DNA of 64,000 bases from Selaginella moellendorffii (lineage: Eukaryota > Plantae > Lycopodiophyta): the NCBI RefSeq assembly GCF_000143415.4, contig NW_003314318.1, positions 1 through 64,000 of the forward strand. Reading direction: 5' to 3'. The translations under genes were made by a program, and so were the position numbers. Below are positions 23,817-37,576 of this stretch, piece by piece; position 1 is the stretch's first letter, and each line of letters begins with the position of its first letter. The notes under the pieces were generated by a model. That model was not told the DNA's origin and made no database searches. It was given only the letters and a program-made list of their open reading frames with translations.

Positions 23817-26639
23817 ATAAGGAGGCAAGATCCTTTATTCAGTAGTTTTTATTCAAAAATATAACTACAAGCCCTAACCCAAACTCTAAACCCTTTTGAC
23901 ATATAAAATTTTTTTAATGTTGATTCAAATGTAGTGTAGAAAATTGTATATATGGCACTAATTTAGAAAGGCACCATTGTATGCCCATACATAAAAAAAA
24001 GTTGTGTTTTAAAGTATAATTTTGTGAGTCATGTGTATTATAATAATTTAAACAAACATGTATTTGCTTTTTTTCATATATTTTGCAATGTTTTGCCAAA
24101 CTGCCCACCTAAGGTACACTTCCCCTCATATTACCAAGTGACTCACACATTTTATGTAAGGATAATCAAAGTAAGCTTAAGGAAGAACCATCCCCACTAC
24201 CAAACAAAAGCCACTTGACAGTCAAGGACAAGAGAAGAATTTTCAAAATCTTTAAGCTTTTGCATTTTAAAAGTTTCTTTGTTTTGAAGGTTAGCCCTTA
24301 AAAAAAAATTTCTACCCTTTTGAAAAAGGGTTAAAAAAATTATTTTCTTTACCCCACTATGCCCTAATGTCATTCCACACACAATATTTCATTTTCAAAT
24401 AACATAATATATTCTATTACTGTTTACATAGTCTCAGATTTAGGAATCGGACAATTTCTTTTAAAGCTGACATATAGCATGTGAATACATACTATGGTAA
24501 AGCTTTACAGCAAGCATACACTTAGCTCAATATCGACATAAAAGACACAAAAGTCCTAAACAGGTAGTGCATGCGTCACAATGCATTTCGCTTTTGCATA
24601 CGGGGCTAGGGTAAAAATAGATTTTATCCTTTCTCAACTTGGAGATACTAGTTATTTAAGAACACTTGAAAGATGTACGTTTCTGAGGACAACCAGGCAA
24701 TTCCATGCCCGAGCGGGGGAGGAGCTACTGGACGTGGCTCCACCACTCCTTGTCCCAGTTCGGAGAGCTCACCGAGACGAAGCGAAGCTCGTGTTTGATC
24801 GCCGTTGCTTCGAATGCCCCCAGCAGCCCCTGAGGATCGAGATGGTGTCTCCTGGACTGCCGTAATCGCAGAGCTCTCTCAAAACTGGGATTAAGCATTG
24901 AGTAGTCGATAGCCACGAACTTCTATCAAATTAAGATCCAGGTGTGGATCATAGAGATGATCTAGCAGTGATTATCCATATATACGTACATTCATATACA
25001 GTCATATATAATTCTTTCCTCATGTGTGCGTGTGTCTGTGCACTTTCACTTTGAGGCTGAGGATGTTAAAATGGAGAAATATGAGGCAACACCTAGGGTA
25101 TATGGATGTGAAACACAAAAGTCTCACTCCCTCCAGATACCTGATCACTTGGCTAATGAAATTTAATCTCCCTATGGATGCTAGAAACACCCTCCCAATG
25201 ATCAATGATTGTGACTGTTTGTGACACATGCAAAGAATTTTCCTAGGGATCCCAAACCACACCTGTCCTCCCAAGCTAGTGTTAGGGCCATAAACACCCG
25301 TGTCCAGGCTCCTAGGCTGACTCGTTCCCGAAACTCACAGCTTCCAGCTGATTGTACTGGCATAACAGCGAGCCAGTAACTTGGTTTTGGAAATTTGGAA
25401 GCTGGAGCAAAGTGTTGAGAGTTAGAGATGCAAGGATGATTGGCTGAGTGCTCTCAAATTGAAATCCTAACCATGAGTAGCAAACTAGTGGCTATGGAAT
25501 TAGGTATGCTCCTCTTTTGAACTTCAAGCTGATGGTGAGAGCTGAAAAGAATTTCACATCCTAGTCTTCAATGCTTCATTCATATCAGATATTCCTGCTG
25601 AAGCCTTTTCCTTTTCACTTGTCTTTTTCCCTTGATAGTTTGGCATCGGTGGTGGAGTTCATGAAAGCAGCCCGTGAAGCCTGACTGGATGGAAGTATGG
25701 ATATAAGGATACAGCTAAATCGCAAGAGGAGTTGGAAGAGATTGACAGAAAGGAAAAGGAGCAGTCAGCATGGTACAGGTTGGCACTATTTGCTCCAATT
25801 GGGTTTGTTATGGGTGCTGTGGATTTCATGATTCGGGTCGCTGTGTGTAGCATCCTCCAGAGTATCGAGGTAAATCAGGCTCCATCCTGGATAATGAATT
25901 AGCGTTCGCTCGCTACAGGTTGACAGGAGGATCTTGCCTCCAAGTGGATGTAAGTCATTGAATAATGAATGATCAAGAAGTGTTTTTGTCACTCGCAAAA
26001 TTTGATTTTGCAAGCATACCCTACCTATGCCACCATCCAAGAGGTGAGCCCATTTGCACCACCTTACGTCTCTTTGCAGGCCGAAATTGAGAACGGCTTC
26101 GAGCAGGCTTCTGTGGTTTTCTTTGCCCAGTAACAAGATACATCACCTGCACCACCTGTCCATTGTCTTGCGCTACATTGCGTCTGGAAAGGTGCTCCGA
26201 AAACAAAAGCTCATGTTTGTTCGTTTGGTAGATGCACATCAGTCGTGAGTCGCGAGTCTATTATAAGTAAAGTCAACTGTTTGGTTATCCCATGGACAAT
26301 GCTGACCAGTGCCACGTAAAAGACTGCAGTTGATACTGTGATCAACAGAAACAAGGAAAAGCTTCTGGCGGAGCTATATACTGCCTTTAAAGTGCGCATT
26401 TTTTCATAATGTAAGTCGACTCTTTCTGATCAACTTCCAGTGCAGCTTTACTGGCGCCACGCTGAGCACTCTCTACGAGCTGCTGGGGGAGAAAATCTGG
26501 GAGGCACACAAATCCAGAAAGAGCAACAAAGGTCGTGTTGCGGAGCAGGACTTGGATCTCATTTCCGACTGCCCTGGACAACACAGGGCCTCACGATAGG
26601 CTTTGATATGAAATGCTCTACGAACAGCTCTCTTGTGTG

Positions 26640-28424
26640 TAAATATTCTAGAATACTTTACTATCTAATGGTTGTTATTTATTTAGATTAATTTTCTATT
26701 TATAAATTGTAAACATGTTTATAATTATAAACTTCCATTTGATTAATTGGATTAATATATACTACTACTAAGCAAATCAAGTGTTGTTGTGTATAACATA
26801 TTATTATTCCATGAATTGACTTAAGCTATATAATTAAACAGCAAATCAAGTTTTAAAATTTACATACATATATTTTCTCAAATTAAATAAATTTATGTAG
26901 CCCTTTTCCTTGAAGGGGATTAAAATAGATTATTCTTTCAGAATATTTTTTTCTTTTCTAAAGGATGAATGAATATTCCAAATGTGATGAATTCCTCTAT
27001 CCATTTTGTTAGTGTATATTTCTATATTCCATTTTTCTCTTACCATCTTTGGTATGGCAATGAATATAATTGTGTATATTTGTTATAATGCTTAAATTAT
27101 CTATCATATGTAGATTTATTGTTTGTTTTGAGTTGCATACAAAAATATTATGCACACAATCACTTTTCAATTGCTATATTAGCAATCAAAATGTGATTAT
27201 GTATATAATATTTTTGTCATGGGATATACCCTATATACATGGCATGACATCCTATGAAAAACTAATCTCAAACAACATGAGGTCACCACAAATTTAACAA
27301 TCACTTTTTTGTCTTGTATCATTGAATGCAGATTTATAATCTCTTGATTGTGATAATCTCTTTACTCTTATTGCACACAACTGTGGCTCATGTCTTATAG
27401 TTTAGAAGCATAGTTTTATTGTAGCATTCCCTTGGTCCCCACATCATATGTTGCAAGAAAAGCATTTAAACCACAATAACACTCTTGAGGTGATACACCC
27501 TTTCCTAGCCTCCTAACTTATAAAAATGAGATATCAGTGCAATATACATTGGTGTAAGGTTTTGAATTTTCATTTTCTGGGAGATCACCCAACCCAATAA
27601 TTCAAACCCAAATATCCCAAAAATTTTAACTAATTATAAAAAGATTGCCTTTACTCTCTATATTTGAATTCTTATAAATCTATTTTTTTCTTTGTTACTT
27701 ACAATTAATCCACTCCAAGGAGGCAAGATCCTTTATTCAGTAGTTTGTCCTCCAACATCCAAAAAGGCATTCAAAATATAATTACAAGCCCTAACCCAAA
27801 CTCTAAACCCTTCTGACATATTAAAAAATTTAACGTTGATTCAAATGTAGTGTAGAAAGTTGTATATATGGCACTAATTTAAAAACGCACCATTGAATGC
27901 CCATACATAAAAAAAAGTTGTGTTTTAAAGTATAATTTTGTGAGTCACACATGTGTATTATAATAATTTAAACACACATGTATTTGTTTTCTTCATATAT
28001 TTTGCAATGTTTTGCCAAGCTGCCCACTTAAGGTACACTTCCCCTCATATTACCAAGTGACTCACATTTTATGTAAGGATAACTAAAGTAAGGTTAAGAA
28101 CCATCCCTACTACCCAACAAAAGCCACTTGACAGTCAAGGACAAGAGAAGAACTTTCAAAATCCTTAAGCTTTTGCATTTTAAAAGTTTCTTTGTTTTGA
28201 AGGTTAGCCCTTAAAAACAAATTTCTACCCTTTTCAAAAATGGTAAAAAAATTTATTTTGTCATTCCTCACACAATATTTCACTTTCAAATAACATAATA
28301 TATTCTATTAGTGTTTATATAGTCTCAGATTTAGGAATCTGACAATTTCTTTTACAGCTGACATATAGCATACGTACTACAGTATGCACAAAGCTTTACA
28401 GCAAGCATACACGTAGCTCAATAT
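26640..28424 (+). repeat. Complete left arm (about 1.8 kb) of long inverted repeat
   Basis: Reverse complement of 29614-31150 + 36093-36280. Confidence 0.9.
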
Positions 28425-31331
28425 CGACATAAAAGACACAAAAGTCCTAAACAGGTAGTGCATGCGGCACAATGCCTTTTCGCTTTTGCATTAAAAATAG
28501 ATTTTATCCTTTCTCAACTTGGAGATACTAGTTATTTAAGAACACTTGAAAGATGTACGTTTCTGAGGACAACCAGGCAATTCCATGCCCGAGCGGGGGA
28601 GGAGCTACTGGACGTGGCTCCACCACTCCTTGTCCCAGTTCGGAGAGCTCATCGAGACGAAGTGAAGCTCGTGTTTGATCGCCGTTGCTTCGAATGCCCC
28701 CAGCAGCCCCTGAGGATCGAGATGGTGTCTCCTGGACTGCCATAATCAGAGCTCTCTCAAAACTATCGCCTCCAGGACACAACACAATACTGACCGCAAA
28801 GTTTAGACAAGACAAAAACATCATAGTCCTCGCAGTGGTTCAGCTTCACCATCGCATTGAAGTTCTTGAGCGGGTTGGCGTCCTCTTCTTGTCCGTCAGA
28901 CTCTGCTTCATGGCGATGGCAGCAGGGAGCTCTACATTGTTAATAGATGGGATTAAGCGTTGAGTAGTCGGTAGCCACGAACTTCTATCAATCTTTCCTC
29001 ACGACATTCTAGGGAGGAAATAGAAACCTTATTATAACCTTATTATCACCTTTGCGATGTAGGCAAAGAAACATAGAGTCAATCATGCACAGACTCCACC
29101 AACACCAAAGATGAGTGCCACGCAGTGGAGCCCCGCACAGCACTGTACTCCCTTTGGAATATAGAACGGTGCACAGCTGTGGCCCTTGCCGGCACAACTC
29201 TTCAAGGTGAGAGCTGGATCCCCATGATCATCTTCTGCATCACACAGAATCTTAGTGACCAAAAGAGCCAATGAAACCTCACACTCACCAGTGTTAACAG
29301 GATGATCTTCAGCGAAGCCAGCTACCTCCTTGTTCTGCCGAGTTATGTCGTAAACCTCTTCTCCTGCAGCACAGGGAATGTCAGTGACCAAGAAACCGGA
29401 GCCACATCTCACACTCACCGATATTAGCAGGACGAGCAGATGCCATAAACATTGCCATGGTGCATGCTACAGCAAGAAAAAGAGTAAAGCGGAGAGCCAT
29501 TGGCATGAGACTGGATACAACCAATTGAATGAGCTCCAGGAAACTTGGAAGCCTACGGTTTATATATTCTAGGGCTGATTATATTTAAAATGTGCTGCTG
29601 CATGCAACCAATTATATTGAGCTACGTGTATGCTTGCTGTAAAAATTGTACATAACCACGTGCTATATGTCAGCTTTAACAATGGCACAAAGGACGCCAG
29701 CGCTGCAACACTGAGACTATGTAAACAGTAATAAAATATATTATGTTAGTTGAAAATGATATATTGTTTGCGGAATGACATTGGGCATAAATTTGAGGTG
29801 GGGTAAAGAAAATATTTTTTTTTTACCATTTTTTAAAAGGGTAGAAATTTGTTTAAAGGGCTAACCTTCAAAACAAAAAATGCAAAAGCTAAAAGATTTT
29901 GAAAGTTCTTTTCTTGTCCTTGACCGTCAAGTGGCTCTTGTTGGGTAGTGGGGATGGTTCTTCCTTAAGCTTACCTTAGTTATCCTCACATAAAACATGT
30001 GAGTCACTTGGTAATATGAGGGGAAGTGTACCTTAGGTGGGCAACTTGGCAAAACATTGCAAAATATATGAAAAAAAAGTAAATGTATATGTGTTTAAAT
30101 TATTGGAATATACATGTGTGACTCACAAAATTATACTTTAAAACACAACTTTTTTTATGTATAGGCATGTAATGGTGCCTTTCTAAGTTAGTGTCACATA
30201 TACAATTTTCTACACTACATTTGACTCAATGTCAAATTTTTTAATATGTTAGAAGGGTTTACACTTTGGGTTTGATATTTAAAACAATTCTATCTATAAG
30301 AATTCAAATATAGATGGTAAGGGAAACTTTTTTTTAATAATTAAGAATTTTCATATATTTGGGTTTCAATAATATTGGGTTGGATGATTTTCTAGAAAAT
30401 GAAAATTCAAAAACTTACACAAATGTACATTGCACTAATATCTCAATACTATAGGTTAGGAGGCTAGGAAGGGGTATATCCTCTCAAGAGTGTTATTGTG
30501 GTTTAAATGCTTTTCTTGCAACACATGATGTGAGGACTGAGGGAATGCTACAATCAAATTACGCTTCTAAATTATAAGAAATGAGCCATAGTTGCATGAA
30601 ATAATAGTAAAGAGATAATCATAATCAGCAGATCACAAATTTACACGCAATGATACAAGACAAAAAAATGATTATTAATCTATAATGACCTCATGTTGTC
30701 TAAGATCAGTTTTGCATAGGATATCACACCATGTATATAGGGCATATCCCATGATAAAAATATTATACACATAATCACATTTTTATTGCTAATATAGCAC
30801 TTGAAAAGTGATTGTGTACATAATATTTTTGTATGCAACTCAAAACAAAAAAAGAATTTGCATATGATAAATAATGTAAGCATTATAAAAAATATACACA
30901 ATTATATTCATTGCGATACCAAAGAGGTGGTAAGAGAAAAATGGAATATAAAAATGTACACTAACAAAATGGGTAGGAAAATTCATCACATTTGGAATGC
31001 TTATTCATCCTTTAGAAAAGAAAAAAAAATTCTGAAAGAATAATCTATTTTATTGCCCTTCAAGGAAAACAGCTATATAAATCTATTTAATTTGAGAAAA
31101 TATAAATATGTCAATTTTAAAACTTGATTTGCTGTTTAATTATATAGCTTTGTGAGTAAATGTGCATATCAATTAGCCCAAAAACCCTAGCTTATATACA
31201 GGAGCGAGTGGTCCAGATCGAAACCAATCTGACGGCTACCAAAATCCCACTACATTAATATTAGTATACGGCATCGTAACCGTACATTTGGCCCTCACAT
31301 CATCCCCTCCTCTCGGGATAATGGAAGACCA

Positions 31332-34300
31332 TTAGGGTTCTCTTGAAGATGGGCCGGGATCCGGAGGAACGTCAGGAGGAGACATCGGTGGATCTGTAGG
31401 TGGTATTAACTCCTCCTGATCCCTTTGTACGAAGGGTTTCAGCCACTGAACATGCACAATCTCTAGAGGATCGGCCTGTTGAACATCATGCCGAACCTCA
31501 TAAACTTGTGGTCCAACTTGCCGCAACACCTGATACGGTCCTTTCCATTGCACAAGAAGCCCCTTAGATAAACCTCGTACCGTAAAATGGGGAAAACGGA
31601 CTAACACCAAATCATCCACTTTGTACTCCGCAGGTGGACGATGATGGGAGTTGTAGCGCCATTGTTGTCCCACTTGTACGCGGCCTAAGTGTTCGGCAGA
31701 CTCAGCTCCGACAAGTGGAAGAATGCTCGTCAAATACTGATCCCATGATTTAGCATCGGCAGCTCGTGGCAATCGCGAAGGTAAACCCAGCTCCGTTGGT
31801 AATATTGGATCATGACCATATAGGAGTTTATATGGTGAAGCACCAACAGAACTCTGCACCCCTGTAACATATGCATACCGAAGAGACGGCAAATAACCAT
31901 CCCAATCCGAATGTTGAAAGTTCACATACTTCGCAATCATCCCTTTGAATGTCCGAACAAGCCGTTCCACCAGACCGTCTGATTATGGATGATAAGCACT
32001 CGTGAAAGTGTGGCATATCCCCAATCGAGACGTCAAAACATGAAATGCCTCAGCCATAAATGCGGGACCATTATCTGAAAGAATCCGCTCTGGACAAGAA
32101 TGCTGGAACACCACTCGATTGAGGAGGAAGTATCCAACAGCAGCTGTAGAGGCGCTAGCAAGAGCACCAACTTCCACCCAACGAGTCAAGTAGTCAGAAG
32201 CAATAATAACATACTCATTGCCAGCAGTTGACCATGGAAAAAGTCTCATAAGATCAAACGCCACTAACTCAAACGGACAGGAAACTGCAATTGACTCCAA
32301 CCGTCCTTCCGCAGCACGAGGGGGAGTATTACGAGCTTAGCACCAAACGCAGCTACGCACATACCAGATAATATCACGTCGCATCTCTGGCCAATAGAAA
32401 GACCTGCGCAGCTTCTCAGTGACAAGACGGTGTCCCATATGCCCACCTAGAACAGGAGAATTATGGTAGGCATGGAAAAACCGCGGAATAAACACCGAAG
32501 GCACCACCAGCCGTAAATGATCATCAGGATCCGTCCTCACAAAATAAAGAAGGCCATCTTCAAGGTGATATTGAGAATGTAAATGCCGGAAAGGCAAGTC
32601 ATCAGCAAGTGATGCAGGATTCTCAAACCCATCTTGAAGCCTTTGAATCCACGGCTCAATCTTTTGAGCCTCACGAACCTCATCAAGAGAAGGTAGATCT
32701 TGCTCTGCGCCCTGTGGACACTGAACGTCAAGGACAGCAACCGCCGACGACACAGAATCCTCATCTAGAAAATCCACAGATGCTGGAACAATAGGTTCGT
32801 CAGAAACATGAGAAGTGAGTGGAGAAGGAAGAGGAGCTCGAGAAAGGGCATTAGCATCAGCCATAGAACTCCTTGGGCGATGAACAACATCGAAATCATA
32901 TATCTGAAGCTTCAAAGCCCATCGAGCCGTACGACCAACCAGGTTCTTCCGCTTTTATAATGAAGTAACAACAGCATGGTCACCTTCAAGTAACATCCGA
33001 GAACCATGTAGATATGCATGAAGTTTCTCGAAACCCCAGACTGCTGCTAAACACTCCTTCTCCGTCGTGGAGTAGTTCATCTCTGCTGGTTGTAATGTAC
33101 GGCTTATGTATGCAATGGGATGGCACTGACCAGGCACACTCGAGCTCTCTTGCATCAACACACCTCCAAGACCAATGTCAGAAGCATCCACGCGCAAAAT
33201 AAAAGGTCAAGTGTAGTCAGGATATGCCAAAACCGGGGGAGTCGTCAATAGCTCTTTGAGATCCATGAACGCCCGCTCACAATCCGGAGACCAGATGAAA
33301 GATGACGTTGATGACTTCAGCAACGTTCGCAATGGTGTAGTGTGATCGGAAAGATGACCCACAAAACGACCGAGATACTGCACCTTACCCAAAAAACGCT
33401 GCACATCATTCACACACTTTGGGGTAGGGAACTTTAGAACAGCCACAAGTTTGTCAGGATCAACTTGCAAACCCTCACGAGAAATACGATACCCAAGATA
33501 AGTTGTGTCCTTGGACCCAAACACGCACTTTGATCGCTTCAGCTTTAAACCAATGTCGCGTATCCGATCCAACACTTTACAAACATCATGAACGTGCTCC
33601 TCCCACGTCCCCTCTGAGTGGATCAAGACATCATCAATGAAGTCAACAGTCACCTCCGGCATATCGCAAAGAACCTCGTCCATCATCCGCTGGAAAGTTG
33701 CTGGAGCATTGTTCAAACCAAACGGCATCACCAAAAACTCGTACAAACCAAATGGTGTACGAAAAGCAGTCTTAGGAATATCTTCTTCAGCCATCGGTAC
33801 TTGCCAATACCCAGAAGCAAGATCTAGCTTGGTGAACCAACGACTTTGCCTCAGACGATCCAAGAGATCAGCAGTGTGAGGAAGAGGATACACATCTGGG
33901 ATCGTCACTTCGTTTAACGGACGATAGTCGATGCAGAAACGAATACTCCCATCAGGCTTCGTCATAAGATGAGGTTCACATGCCTAAGGACTCCGCGACT
34001 TCCGAATAACACCCTTCTCCAGCATTTCCTTGACGTTTGCTCGTAAAATCTTGATCTCCTTAGGTGACCGACGACGAACAGGAACCTTGATTGGACGAGC
34101 ATCCCCGGTTGGAATCGGATGACGTGTGGCAATCTTGGCTCCAGACGATAGGTCAAATTCAAAGAGATCAGAATACTCCTTCATGAGCCAGTCAATTGCT
34201 GCAATACAAAGATCGTCGGAGGGATCGGAAAAGGGAAAAGCAGAACAAGATGGAAACATAGAAGGAAAGAGTGGGGGAACAAAAATAATGGAAGCAGAGG

Positions 34301-34660
34301 TAGAAGTAGAGGGACGAAGAGGTATGGAAGTGAGAGGAATGGATGAAACATAAGGAAGTATGAGACAAGGGGGAGAAGCCTCAAAGTCACACTTGGCATG
34401 ATTGCGTTGCAACTAATCCATACCAAGAATGAGGTCAAAAGCTTGACTCGGCACCACCCGCAACAACTGCAACTCAAGCTCAAGATTGCCCACATGCACA
34501 ACCAGGTCCACCTCATCCCGTGCACATGCATGTGTACGGCCGTTGCCATAAAGAATGAAAACTGGTTCCACCACACGACGCAAGTGTATATGACAACGTG
34601 TGGCAACAAGTCAAGCAATAGAAGATAAACTCGAACCTGTATCAACCAACACGGAGAGAA
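31332..34660 (-). pseudogene. pol: Gypsy pol (PR-RT-RH-INT) broken by stops and frameshifts
   Basis: ORFs 33207..33965 (RT), 32955..33197 (RH), 32337..32915, 31983..32300 and 31332..31970 (INT, GPY motif). Confidence 0.93.
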
Positions 34661-34811
34661 TAATAGGAGACCTTTTGTTACAAAAACGAGTTTGGAAAGT
34701 AAACACTGGATGAACTGGTGCCGAGTGAACCCCTTGATGATACTCCCGAAAGAAAGATGGAGGGGTCACTGATTTATTCGCGCAAGGTCCCTCCGTTACT
34801 CGCGTGACTCC

Positions 34812-35718
34812 TCATTTTCTGGATGCATCTCGGTGTCCAGACCTCAGCACCCATGGGACGTTGTTGATGTCAAGGTCTCCACCCAGGAAATGGAGGTCGC
34901 CAATCCGGAAAATGACGGCAACGCCGATAAGTATGACCAACTTCATCACATGCCTAGCAGCGAACATCACGGCCACGACCACGTCCTCGCACTTGTCCTT
35001 GGACTCGAGCAGCAGCAGCATCAACCTCCATTGGAACAGAACCATCACCCATAGGAAGTGGAGCAGAAGGACGTGCAGCGAGAAGTGGAAAAAGCGATGT
35101 CTCATAACGTTGTGCCAAGCGAAAAGCATCATCAAGGGTAGCAGGAGCAAGTGCGTGCACAAGTCCGACAAGATCTTGACGAAGTGCTGGCTACAACATT
35201 CCTAGCTTGATCTGCTCCGACATATTTGGCTCCGCACGAAGCAAAAGACTTCGGAAACGAACGCCAAATTGCATCACCGACTCAGATGGCCCTTGGCGAA
35301 GACGATGCAATTGTTGGAAAGCATCATCACAATCATCGGCATGTCCGAAGGCGCATTTGAAGACGTCCGGGAGAACACTCCAATCCTTACGAGTGGCTGC
35401 GCTCAAACCATTGTACCACTGCAACGCCGTCCCTTGGAGACATGTGGGGAACTCACGCAACCGTCGAGCATCATCCCAAGAATGATATGTGGCAATCACC
35501 GTGAAGTGATCGAACCAATGGTACACATCATCCCCAGGATTCCCGCGAAAGAACTCCGGCCGAACGCGAGGATTGGCACCAAGAGCAGGAGGAGTTGTAC
35601 CACGTGCCGTGAACGCCGCCATCAACTGAGTTTGGTTGTTCAATTGCAAACGCATAGCATCAAGCAGTTGTACCAACTGCTGTTCTAGAGTCAAAGGAGG
35701 AGATTGCTGATCTGCCAT
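34812..35718 (-). pseudogene. gag: Gypsy gag, interrupted
   Basis: ORF 35191..35718 (FPTCLQGTALQWY, LRQGPSESV); broken CCHC knuckle near 34920-34960. Confidence 0.85.
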
Positions 35719-36703
35719 GAAGATGAACGAAAAAGAAAGAGCAAAAGAAGAGAAATGACAAAAAGCTAGAAGGAAATGGTAAATCTAGACAACGCAAAAA
35801 GCTAGATCTAAACCAAAACCCTGAAAAGAAAGGAAATGGAAAAAGCTAGATCTAGACGATGCAAAAGCTAGATCTAAACCAAAATCCCAAATCCAAGCAC
35901 TCCTCATGGACAATCAAAGGTGCCCCTCATCTCCACCAATGTGAGTAAATGTGCATATCAATTAGCCCAAAAACCCTAGCTTATATACAGGAGCGAGTGG
36001 TCCAGATTGAAACCAATCTGACGGCTACCAAAATTCCACTACGTTAATATTAGTATACAGCATCGTAACCGTACACTTGGCCCTCACAGCTTAAGTCAGT
36101 TCATGCAATAATAATATTAATAGCAACACTTGATTTGCTTAGTAAATCTTGTATTTATAAGATGTAAATATGTTTATAATTATAAACTTCCATTTGATTA
36201 ATTTGATTAATAAATAGTAATAACACTACTAATCTAAATAAATAACAACCATTGGATAGTAAAGTATTTTAGAATATTTAAATATATTCTAGGTATATCC
36301 AGTAACACACAAATTTGCTTACCCAAACCACACTATTATAAAGTAATATTAAAAGTAGCATCTCGAATGGAGAAAAACTAGTTAGAGTCATGTTGGCAAA
36401 AAACAACTCAGAAAGGAATCTTTAGTAAGACATTGATTAAGATCAATCTTCTCTAAAGTCATGTTAAAACCCAGGGTTTAAATCAGCCACTGAAGAAATT
36501 TTAGAAAAGTAAAATTAAAGAATAAAAGGCAAATTAACATACAATTTGGACTGCTAATTTTTATTCAACCACTATAGAGAATATTATATACATATGGACG
36601 CGCGACCTCCTCTGCTTTCGCAGCACGCGCTTGTTTTTTCAGGAGATTTGTGTGTTCTTCCTGTAGCAAGAGGGAGAAGGAGAGGGAGAGGGGGAGAGGG
36701 GGA

Positions 36704-36873
36704 ATGGATCCTTTCAATCCGTTCCAGGAAGAGGTGGGCGGAGGGGGGGCCATCCAGAGCACGTTTGCGGACATGGCGCTGCAGCACAAGCTCACCTTGC
36801 TCGTCGACAACTCGTCCCTCTGCTCCTGGACGTATGCAATCTTCTGGCAGCTCTCCAGCGCCGACGGCCAGAT

Positions 36874-36922
<49 letters not shown>

Positions 36923-37576
36923 GCATCACCTAGCATCATCTGCCATGGTTCTAAAAGGCGCTCACTTCACTTCAGGATTCTGGGCTGGGGCGACGGCTAA
37001 TTCTCCACCAACGAGAACAGTACCCAGCGGAACGAGGCCAAGCAGTTCGATGCCGACCAAATTCTCAGGCGCAAGGTCCGCCTTGTGCGAGCTCCACGAC
37101 CTGTGCCATCCCGAGGAGGATTATCGAGAGGTGGACCATGTCACCGACCAGGAGTGGTTCTATCTCCTCTCCATGTCGTGGAATTTCGCCTGCGGTGAAG
37201 GGTACGTAGAAACACGCTTCTTGTCTTGTTCCAAGGCTGATAAGCTCCAGGAGAACTCGCAGCATTCCAGGGCGGGCGTTCCAGTTTGGGCAGCACATAT
37301 GGATTTGCGACACTGTCAAGCCCATTAACTTTCACTGTGCGCGACTGGAGCTTGCCAAGGTAACGTATGCTTTTTCCTTTGTTTTCATCGCCTGTGCTCC
37401 AAGATTGCGTGCTGACTTCGCTCCTCCCCTCTGTTCTTGTGCCCAGAGCGCAGGAATTCAGGTAACCAAAAGTTGAACTGGCCATGTCGTATAGATCTCT
37501 CACGTCCTCCACGCTGCAGACAATCGTCTGTGTTCCCACCCGAAACGGAGTTGTGGAGCTGGGATCCACCGAAATC
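36704..37576 (+). pseudogene. bHLH-MYC N-terminal domain gene fragment, copy C
   Basis: Same exons as 4479, through TIVCVPTRNGVVELGSTEI. Has an extra in-frame TAA (GWGDG*) at about 36998 plus the shared CGCC frameshift. Confidence 0.88.

Larger units (their letters stand above)
9141..24929. repeat. Partial copy B of the cassette: left IR arm (9167-10241 + 23822-~24533) split by a retrotransposon, plus a deleted piece of the IR spacer
   Basis: TGCTCTACGAACAGCTC.. at 9141 equals 26614. 24540-24929 matches 1380-1930 with an internal deletion. Confidence 0.9.
31151..36088 (-). mobile_element. Non-chromodomain Ty3/gypsy LTR retrotransposon with short LTRs, degenerate
   Basis: 149-bp TG..CA LTRs at 31151-31299 and 35940-36088 (5 differences by manual count); 4-bp TSD GCTT; PBS TGGTGGAGATGAGGGG; PPT GAGAGGAGGGG; order gag, PR (LVDTGSS), RT (FIDDVLI), RH, INT. 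Confidence 0.96.
29614..36280 (-). repeat. Right arm of long inverted repeat, interrupted by the gypsy element at 31151-36088
   Basis: Matches 2542-4059 once the insertion is removed; the empty site TATATAGCTTAAGTC is at about 3863. Confidence 0.9.
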
